The notes under the pieces: model-generated
Seen by the model: the letters and a program-made list of their open reading frames with translations, nothing else
Databases searched by the model: none
Told to the model about the DNA's origin: nothing
Made by a program: the position numbers and the translations under genes
Source: Actinomycetota bacterium
GTDB lineage: Bacteria > Actinomycetota > Thermoleophilia > Gaiellales > F1-60-MAGs149
Direction of reading: 5' to 3'
DNA length: 64,000 bases
Assembly: GCA_009885805.1 (NCBI GenBank)
Contig: VFJZ01000050.1
Span: 1,471-65,470 of the forward strand
Shown: one piece after another, positions 49,281 to 56,223 of the stretch
Numbering within the stretch: position 1 is the stretch's first letter
How the letters are laid out: each line of letters begins with the position of its first letter

Positions 49281-50086
49281 GCCGCGTCCCCGGCGAGAAA
49301 CGCGTCGAGCAGGCCGTTCACGACGTCCGGGCGTTCGAGGTTGACGAGATGCCCGGCGCTGGCGATGCGCTCGAGCCGAGCGTTCGGAATCCCGGTCGCG
49401 AGCGCCTCCGCGTAGGCCGGTGGCGTCTCGGTGTCGTCGTCGCCGACGATCACGAGGGTGGGCGCCCGAACATCGCCGAGACGGCCGCGCAGATCGTGCG
49501 TCACGAGGCAGCGACAGGCGGCGGCCAGGGCGGTTGCATCGATGCGGCTCATGGCGACGGCAGCTTCGTCGATCACCGCCTGCGACGCCGCTTCACCCGC
49601 CACGGCGCGGAGCACCGCGGGTGCCATCGCCGCCGGTGTGACGCCGTCGGCGAGCGGGGCGAGCCGCTGCGCAAGCCACGACTCCGCCGTCGTGACGCCG
49701 TCGAAGCCGAACGCCGGCGAGGTCGCGAGCAGCGCGAGTCGGTGGATGCGGCCCGGGTGACGGAGGGCCGTGTGCAGCGCGATCATGCCGCCCAGGGAGA
49801 GCCCGACGAGGTCGGCACGCTCGCGGCCGATGGTGTCCAGCAGGCGGACGACGCCGTCTGCGAGAGCCGCGAATGTCAGCGCTCCGGGCGCCGCCTCGGA
49901 CGCGCCGTAGCCCGGCATGTCCCAGGCCACGCAGCGGCGCGTGGCCGAGAGGCCGGCGAGTTGCGGCTCCCAGGCAAGGCGCGAGCCGCCGAGGCCGTGC
50001 AGGAAGACGACAACCTCGCCGTCCGCGCGTCCGGCCTCGCGCCAGGCAATGGGTGTCGCATCGACGTCGCGCGGACCGGTCGCCAT
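49277..50086 (-). CDS. alpha/beta-fold hydrolase
   Basis: 269 aa. HGLGGS oxyanion region and nucleophile elbow GLSLGG. ATGA-type overlap with the downstream gene. Confidence 0.88.
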   Translation of the reverse strand: MATGPRDVDATPIAWREAGRADGEVVVFLHGLGGSRLAWEPQLAGLSATRRCVAWDMPGYGASEAAPGALTFAALADGVVRLLDTIGRERADLVGLSLGGMIALHTALRHPGRIHRLALLATSPAFGFDGVTTAESWLAQRLAPLADGVTPAAMAPAVLRAVAGEAASQAVIDEAAVAMSRIDATALAAACRCLVTHDLRGRLGDVRAPTLVIVGDDDTETPPAYAEALATGIPNARLERIASAGHLVNLERPDVVNGLLDAFLAGDAA

Positions 50087-50101
50087 CGGCCCGCAGTGTG
50101 A

Positions 50102-50258
50102 CGGAACGCGCAGGACCCGTCACGCCGACCGTAACCTGGCCAGGCTCCAAACCGCGACCGCTCGCGCAACCATGCGGTGTCATTTCTGGAAATGGCCGAT
50201 TTGGAGCCTGGCCGGCTACCGCCGGCCGTTCGTTGCGTGACGGAGTCGACGCGTTCCG
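50102..50258 (-). repeat. 157-nt nested inverted repeat; candidate structured RNA leader, terminator or small palindromic element
   Basis: There are three nested arm pairs. A: 50102..50110 with 50250..50258. B: 50117..50125 with 50235..50243. C: 50138..50151 with 50200..50213 (14 bp perfect). A and B are separated by a symmetric 6x6 internal loop. The apex is AT-rich. The element fills the 173-nt gap between two minus-strand genes. Confidence 0.6.
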
Positions 50259-50259
50259 A

Positions 50260-50628
50260 TCAGGTTTCGCGCTCGAGCGTCACGAGCCGGCCCGGCTGAC
50301 GCGTCGAGAACGGACGGTGCGAGACCTGGTTGACGCCGCTCACGAGGCCCGCGTCCGCGATCCGCACCACCCGCCAGATCTCGCGCCCGATCGCGACCTC
50401 CGAGCCCTCGCGCACCCACACCGATTCGGACGGCCCAGGCTCCAGGATCTCGAGCAGCGCCCAGGTCGAAGCGTCATTGCGCTCGTCGACCGGAAGATCG
50501 ACCTCGGCCGGCGGGCCCTCGCCGATCCGCACCCGGTCGCACCGCAGTGACGCACCCGAGGGCGTCCGCCACGGCCGCTCGCCGGAGAGCGAGATGGTGA
50601 TGCGCCGGGCGCGACCGAACAGGCCCAC
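50260..50628 (-). CDS. hypothetical protein (122 aa)
   Basis: High-GC3 coding signal. It begins 9 nt downstream of the FadH-like gene. I recognise no motif. Confidence 0.5.
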   Translation of the reverse strand: MGLFGRARRITISLSGERPWRTPSGASLRCDRVRIGEGPPAEVDLPVDERNDASTWALLEILEPGPSESVWVREGSEVAIGREIWRVVRIADAGLVSGVNQVSHRPFSTRQPGRLVTLERET

Positions 50629-50637
50629 GCAGGGACA

Positions 50638-52563
50638 CTACCGCACGGCCAGCGTTCCCTCGAGAATCGCCTCCTCGGCGCTCCGCGGACCGAGCACGTC
50701 GCCCGCGCGCACGACGCCCGGCCGCCCCTCCAACGCCGGCCACAGCTCGTCGTCAGGCACCCGCCCCTGCGCGAGCACGACCGTCGCGACCGGGCCGATC
50801 GCCTCACGCCGCCCGGAGAACACGTGCCGCAACCCCGACCAGTCCGCCAACGGCTCGAGGTGATGACGGATCAGCACGCCGGCGTCGTCGAGGCGGGCCA
50901 GATAGAGGTTGCGCTGGTACTGATGCACCGTCTCGCCCGGCACCGTCGCGGCGCAGGCGAGCGTCACGTCGAGCCCGGCCACGGCCAGCACCTCCGCCGC
51001 GTCGATGCCCTCGTAGCCTCCGCCCCAGTCCACGACGAGGACCGGCCCGGCGACGGCGACGGGCGCCTCGATCGCCTCCCACGCCTGCGTCACCGCGAAC
51101 GGCGTCCGCCGCGGCAGCTCAGGGAGGTAGGGACGGGCGCCCGTCGCGAGCACGACGAGGTCGTAGCCGTCCACGTCGGCCGCGCTCGCGGCCCGGCCGC
51201 AGACGACCTCGACACCCGCCGCGGCCAGGTCGCGCACCACGTCGGCGTGATAGCGGCACCACAGCTCGGCGTGCGCCGGGGCCCGGCCGGCCAGCCGCAG
51301 TTGGCCGCCGATCGCCGCGGCGCGCTCGATCAGCGTCACCCGATCGCCGAGTCGGCCAGCCTCGATCGCCGCGGCGACCCCGGCGGGGCCGGCGCCGATC
51401 ACGAGCAGACGCCGCGCCGGCTTCCGCAGTGTCGCCCGCGGGAGCGTCCGCTCGCGGCCGGTGCGCGGATTGACGAGGCAGCCGATCGGCGTGCCGGCGT
51501 GGTAGTGCCCGATGCAGCCCTGGTTACAGCCGACGCACTGCAGGACGTCCGCAGCCCGACCGCTGCGGGCCTTGCCGACGAGGTCCGGGTCGGCGATCAT
51601 CGCGCGCGTCATGCCGACGAGGTCGGCGATACCGTCGGCGAGCAGCTGCTCCGCCCCGTCGAGGGAGACCACGCGCGTCGTCGCGATCAGCGGCACGCCC
51701 GGCAGTGCCGCCCGCACCGCGCCCGCCGGTTCCGCGATCGCGTTCTCCTCGACCGGCGGCGGCGGCACGATCCCGACCGAGCCCATGTACGTCGCGGAGT
51801 AGCCGACGCAGATGTCGACGAAGTCGACGAGTCCGTCTCCGCAGAGAAGCCGCGCGATGCGCGCGCACTCGGCGGGCCCGAGCGCCCCCGTCGGCCCCTC
51901 GTCGGCCGCCAGGCGGACACCGAAGGCGATGCCGTCGCCGGCGGCGACGCGCACCGCCTCCAGCACCTCGCGGGCGAAGCGCAGACCGTCACCGGGGCCG
52001 AAGCCGTCGACGCGCCGGTTCGTGAGCGGCGACATGAACTGCGCCGCCAGGTAGCCGTGCGACATCGACACCTCGATGCCGTCGACCCCTCCCTCCCGGC
52101 CCTTGCGAGCGGCGTCGGCGAACCCCTCGACGAGCTCGCGGATCTCCCGCGCGGTGAGCGCCCGCGGCTCCGTATGGAAACGCTGGGTCGGCACCGCCGA
52201 TGGAGCGACCGCCGGCGCCCGGGGCGAGGACGAGATCTGCTCGCGGCCGCTGTGGAACAGCTGCAGGAAGAGCCGCGAGCCGTGCGCCCGCACCGCATCG
52301 CCGAGACGACGGTAGGCCGGCACGATCTCCGGCAGGAAGCCGCCGATCGTGTGCGCCGTCAGCAGGCCGCTCGGATGCACCGCTGCCGGCTCGAGGAAGA
52401 TCGCCGCCGCACCACCGCGCGCCCGCGCCTCCTGGTACGCGATCAGGTCGTCGGTCGGGAGGTGATGGTGCACGAGGCTCGTCTGGTGGGACGTCGAGAC
52501 GATGCGACCGGTCATCTCGACGGGACCGATCCGGAAGGGCGAGGTCAGACGGGGATGGGACAC
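50638..52563 (-). CDS. NADH:flavin oxidoreductase of the 2,4-dienoyl-CoA reductase (FadH) type
   Basis: 641 aa. Old-yellow-enzyme TIM barrel N-terminus, 4Fe-4S motif CVGCNQGC and a C-terminal FAD/NAD(P) Rossmann domain (LVIGAGPAGVAAA). Confidence 0.88.
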   Translation of the reverse strand: MSHPRLTSPFRIGPVEMTGRIVSTSHQTSLVHHHLPTDDLIAYQEARARGGAAAIFLEPAAVHPSGLLTAHTIGGFLPEIVPAYRRLGDAVRAHGSRLFLQLFHSGREQISSSPRAPAVAPSAVPTQRFHTEPRALTAREIRELVEGFADAARKGREGGVDGIEVSMSHGYLAAQFMSPLTNRRVDGFGPGDGLRFAREVLEAVRVAAGDGIAFGVRLAADEGPTGALGPAECARIARLLCGDGLVDFVDICVGYSATYMGSVGIVPPPPVEENAIAEPAGAVRAALPGVPLIATTRVVSLDGAEQLLADGIADLVGMTRAMIADPDLVGKARSGRAADVLQCVGCNQGCIGHYHAGTPIGCLVNPRTGRERTLPRATLRKPARRLLVIGAGPAGVAAAIEAGRLGDRVTLIERAAAIGGQLRLAGRAPAHAELWCRYHADVVRDLAAAGVEVVCGRAASAADVDGYDLVVLATGARPYLPELPRRTPFAVTQAWEAIEAPVAVAGPVLVVDWGGGYEGIDAAEVLAVAGLDVTLACAATVPGETVHQYQRNLYLARLDDAGVLIRHHLEPLADWSGLRHVFSGRREAIGPVATVVLAQGRVPDDELWPALEGRPGVVRAGDVLGPRSAEEAILEGTLAVR

Positions 52564-52582
52564 GCCGACTATCGTAGGGCCG

Positions 52583-53350
52583 ATGCGCCCCGCCTGGGAT
52601 GCGGCGGACTACGCCGCGAACTCCTCGATGCAGCTCACGCTCGCCGCGGACTTCCTCTATCGGATCGCGATCGACCCGATCGCGCGCGTGCTCGATGTCG
52701 GCTGCGGCGACGGCCGCGTGACGGCGTTGATCGGAGCGACGGACGTGACGGGGGTCGACGCCTCGGCGGCGATGATCGACGCTGCGCGCATGCGCTCGCC
52801 GACCGGGCGCTTCGTGGTCGCCGACGCCCGCGAGTTGCCATTCGAGGCGATGTTCGACGTGGCGGTGTCGTGCACGGCCCTGCACTGGATCACCGAGGGT
52901 CACGCCGACGCGCTGGCCTCGATCCGGCGCGCGCTCGTCCGCGGCGGCCGTTTCTGCGCGACGTTCCCCGGCGCCGGCAACATGGCGGCGCTCACGGCAG
53001 CGGCTCTTGACGTGTGCGCGCGCCCCGGCTGGCACGGCTACTTCGACGGCTTCGACTTTCCCTGGTTCTTTCCGACCACCGAGGTCTACGAGCCGCTCCT
53101 GACCGACGCCGGATTCGTGATCGACCGCCTCGAACTCGTTCCGCGCGACGTCACTCATGCCGGGATCGCCGGCCTCAGCGGCTGGATCCGGACGACCTGG
53201 ATGCCGTACACGGAGCGCCTGCCGGCGGCGTCCAGGCAGGGATGGATCGACGAGGTCGCCGGGCGGTACGCGGCGGTCGCGCCACCCGGCGACGACGGAC
53301 TCGTGCACGTCCCGTCCTACCGCCTCGAGATCGAGGGGCACCGACCGTGA
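52583..53350 (+). CDS. class I SAM-dependent methyltransferase (Tam-like)
   Basis: Internal ATG giving MRPAWDAADYAANSSMQ..., with motif I VLDVGCGDG. Confidence 0.85.
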   Translation: MRPAWDAADYAANSSMQLTLAADFLYRIAIDPIARVLDVGCGDGRVTALIGATDVTGVDASAAMIDAARMRSPTGRFVVADARELPFEAMFDVAVSCTALHWITEGHADALASIRRALVRGGRFCATFPGAGNMAALTAAALDVCARPGWHGYFDGFDFPWFFPTTEVYEPLLTDAGFVIDRLELVPRDVTHAGIAGLSGWIRTTWMPYTERLPAASRQGWIDEVAGRYAAVAPPGDDGLVHVPSYRLEIEGHRP

Positions 53351-54345
53351 TACCCCTGATCGAGGTGTCCGGGCGCCACACGACGGTCGGCCGCGCGATC
53401 GGCGCGGCGTGCGGCGACGCCCTCCGTGCGAGCCTGGCCGGGCTCGACGACCTGGACGCTCTCCGCCGCCGAGCGGCGCCGTTCGAAGCGGCGACGCGGC
53501 GCCACCTGCCGGCTGTAGCGGCGGAGCTGGACGGATGCGCGGATGGATCGGGCATCCGGTCGCGCGACCTCTACGTGCTGGCAACGGAGGAGCTGTTCAG
53601 CGGCTGCACCGACATCGCCGCGACGGCGCCCGCCACGACGTCCGGCGCGACGATCGTCGCGCACACCAACGACCTGCACCCGGACGTCGAGGAGCGCCTG
53701 GTCGCGATCCATCGCCGGGTCCAGGGCGAGCCCGAACTCTTCACCGTCGGCGTCGGCCCGTTCCTGTCCGTCGCGATCAACGCCGCCGGCCTCGCCCTGG
53801 GCGGCAACCAACTCGACGCGGACGACGAGCGCAAGGGCATTCCGCGTCTGCTGCTCGTCCGCGAGGTGATGGCCGCGCGGACGAGCGGCGAGGCGATCGC
53901 GACGGCGCTGCACCCCGCCCGGGCCTCGTCGTACAACAACCTGATCGCGCACCGGGACGGCACCCTCGTCTCCGTCGAGGCGAGCGCCCGGAGTCACGCC
54001 TTCGTCGACGCGCGCAGCACCGGCGGCCGCACCGCGCACACCAACCACTACACGGACCCGGCGATGGCGGCCCGGGAGCGGGACCGATCGGCGATCGCCG
54101 GTTCGCAGGATCGGCTCACCCGCGCCTGGGCGCTGCTCGACGGACACCCGGCACCCCTCGACGCTGCGGCGCTGCACTCGATGATCTGCGACCACGAGGG
54201 TCCCGGGCAGCCGATCTGCCGGCACGATGCCGGCGGTGCCCGGACCGTGTTCTGGTGCGTGCTGGAACCGACTGCCGGGAGCATCCGCTACGGCGCGGGG
54301 CGACCCTGCGAGAGCTCGGGCCAGGTGTTCTCGTTTGCGGCCTGA
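53347..54345 (+). CDS. C45 family peptidase / acyl-CoA:6-aminopenicillanic-acid acyltransferase-like protein
   Basis: GTG start with a GTGA overlap onto the upstream stop. 332 aa with the putative Ntn nucleophile context LFSGCTDIAA. The family call is moderate. Confidence 0.6.
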   Translation: MIPLIEVSGRHTTVGRAIGAACGDALRASLAGLDDLDALRRRAAPFEAATRRHLPAVAAELDGCADGSGIRSRDLYVLATEELFSGCTDIAATAPATTSGATIVAHTNDLHPDVEERLVAIHRRVQGEPELFTVGVGPFLSVAINAAGLALGGNQLDADDERKGIPRLLLVREVMAARTSGEAIATALHPARASSYNNLIAHRDGTLVSVEASARSHAFVDARSTGGRTAHTNHYTDPAMAARERDRSAIAGSQDRLTRAWALLDGHPAPLDAAALHSMICDHEGPGQPICRHDAGGARTVFWCVLEPTAGSIRYGAGRPCESSGQVFSFAA

Positions 54346-54937
54346 AGCGCGTGTCGCCGCGCTCACCGCGATCGCGCTGCTGGCGGGGTGTGGCGGCGAC
54401 CGGGCGACGCCGACCCGGGACACGACCGCCCCGGCGCAGCAGGCACTCCCCGCACCGGCGGCGCCAGCGGTCCTCTCCCCGACCGGCCCCGGCGCGCCAC
54501 CGAGCGGCGAGGCCTTCGGCGGTATCCGCTGCGAGTCGGAGGAGTACACGGGGCAGCACGTCCACCCGATCCTCGTCATCGTTATCCGTGGTCAGCGCGT
54601 GCCGGTACCGGCCGGGATCGGCATCAACGTCGCGCGGAAGTGCCTCTACTGGCTGCATACCCACGTCGGTGACGGCGTCCTCCACGTCGAGGCGCCCGAC
54701 CGCGGCCGGGTGTTCCGGCTCGGCGAGTTCTTCGCGCTCTGGGGCTACCCGATCGGGCCCGACCAGCTGTTCGACCGGCGCGGCGCCGTGTACGCGTTCG
54801 TGGACGGCGAGGCCGTGACCGGTGATCCCGCACGGATCGAGCTGAGGGACGCCCAGACGATCATGCTCACCGACCAGGCGACGCTCCCCAGCCCGGCGGT
54901 GCCCGTGCCAGCTACGACCGGGCTCCCGATCGCCTGA
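54335..54937 (+). CDS. lipoprotein of unknown function, paralogue 1 (Cys/His-rich conserved core)
   Basis: TTG start proposed, giving (M)RPEARVAALTAIALLAGCGG with lipobox LLAGC. The core is CESEEYTGQHVHP...IPAGIGI...CLYWLHTH..GVLHVE...LGEFFALWGY. Confidence 0.6.
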   Translation: MRPEARVAALTAIALLAGCGGDRATPTRDTTAPAQQALPAPAAPAVLSPTGPGAPPSGEAFGGIRCESEEYTGQHVHPILVIVIRGQRVPVPAGIGINVARKCLYWLHTHVGDGVLHVEAPDRGRVFRLGEFFALWGYPIGPDQLFDRRGAVYAFVDGEAVTGDPARIELRDAQTIMLTDQATLPSPAVPVPATTGLPIA

Positions 54938-54953
54938 TCGCTACCGTTCACCG

Positions 54954-55538
54954 ATGCGCCTTCTGATTGCTGCGGCTCTCGCGAGCGTTCTCGTCGCCGG
55001 CTGTGGCAGCGGCTCGTCGACGCCCCTGCCGACGACGCCCACGGACACCGCCGTCGGCACGCTCACCCGGACGACGCCGGACCTGCCTCTCCCGGCTGGC
55101 CCCGCGGCGCCACGCGGTGAAACGTTCGCCGGCATCGGCTGCGAGTCGATGGAGGTCGCAGAACAGCACATCCACTCGGGTCTGATCATCCTTCTCGGCG
55201 GCGAGCGCCTGACGATTCCCGCGAACATCGGCATCGAGGTCGACCGCCAGTGCCTCTACTGGCTGCACACCCACGCACCGACCGGGGTGCTCCACGTCGA
55301 GGAGCCCGACGTCGCCCGTGTCTTCACCCTCGGCGAGTTCTTCGCCATCTGGGGCTACGCGCTCGGACCGGACTCCCTGCTCGGGCTCGCGACGAGGGTC
55401 TACACCTTTGTCGACGGCGAGTCCGTCACGGGCGAGCCAGGCGCGATCGAGTTGCACGACGGCCAGACGATCATCCTCAGCGACCAGGCGACGCTGCCGG
55501 ATCCGCCGCCGGCCGTCGACTTCGCCGAGATGTCGTGA
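54954..55538 (+). CDS. lipoprotein of unknown function, paralogue 2
   Basis: MRLLIAAALASVLVAGCGSG (lipobox LVAGC). By my own residue count the core is about 60% identical to the upstream gene over ~130 aa. Confidence 0.7.
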   Translation: MRLLIAAALASVLVAGCGSGSSTPLPTTPTDTAVGTLTRTTPDLPLPAGPAAPRGETFAGIGCESMEVAEQHIHSGLIILLGGERLTIPANIGIEVDRQCLYWLHTHAPTGVLHVEEPDVARVFTLGEFFAIWGYALGPDSLLGLATRVYTFVDGESVTGEPGAIELHDGQTIILSDQATLPDPPPAVDFAEMS

Positions 55539-55541
55539 GCG

Positions 55542-56216
55542 TCAGTCGTCGCCGCCCATGAAGGCGAGCACGAAGTAGAGCAGCTGGGCGATCGCCGCCA
55601 GCGCGCCGGCGACGTAGGTCATCGCAGCGGCCGACAGTACGGTCCGCGCACCGCCCTGGACGCCCGGGTTCCCGGACAGGCCGACGACCTGCAGCTGGCC
55701 CATCGCGCGGCGCGAGGCGTCGAACTCCACCGGTAGCGTGACGATGTGGAACAGCACGGCGAGCGCGTAGAGCGCGATTGCGACCTGGATCAGGCCAACC
55801 TGCTTCAGGAAGAGACCTGCCAGCAGCAGGTAGATCCAGTACTGCGACGTGATCGAGACCGGCGGTGCAAGCACGGAGCGGAACCGGAAGAAGGCGTTGC
55901 CCTTGGCATGCTGGATGGCGTGGCCGACCTCGTGCGCGGCGACGGCGACGGAGGCGACCGAGGAGGAGCGCGCGACGGCCTCGGAGAGGTGGATCGAGCG
56001 GCTGCGGGGATCGTAGTGATCGGACAGCTGACCGGGCGTGATCGAGATCGGCACGGCGGCGAGTCCGTTCTCGTCGAGGATCCGCCGGGCGATGTCGGCG
56101 CCGGACGGACCACCAGCGTCCACCTGGCTCCACTTCGAAAACGACCGCTTGACCCAGGCCTGCGCTGCGAAGCCGAGCACCAGCGGGGGAATGGTCAGCG
56201 CGATGTAGAGCAGCAT
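55542..56216 (-). CDS. YugP-type membrane zinc metallopeptidase (Zn_peptidase_2)
   Basis: Internal ATG giving MLLYIALTIPPLVLGF... Zinc motif AAHEVGHAIQH. The start is 8 nt downstream of the upstream stop. Confidence 0.82.
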   Translation of the reverse strand: MLLYIALTIPPLVLGFAAQAWVKRSFSKWSQVDAGGPSGADIARRILDENGLAAVPISITPGQLSDHYDPRSRSIHLSEAVARSSSVASVAVAAHEVGHAIQHAKGNAFFRFRSVLAPPVSITSQYWIYLLLAGLFLKQVGLIQVAIALYALAVLFHIVTLPVEFDASRRAMGQLQVVGLSGNPGVQGGARTVLSAAAMTYVAGALAAIAQLLYFVLAFMGGDD

Positions 56217-56223
56217 GGGCGCA

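Noticed and set aside
50172-50240. Trp-rich 22-codon mini-ORF (MRCHFWKWPIWSLAGYRRPFVA) on the plus strand at the apex of the nested inverted repeat
   Set aside because: It is tempting as a leader or RiPP-like peptide, but it is on the strand opposite both flanking genes. It has no visible ribosome-binding site. Its sequence is dictated by the palindromic arms, and nothing nearby resembles a maturation enzyme. I kept it only as a note to the repeat finding.
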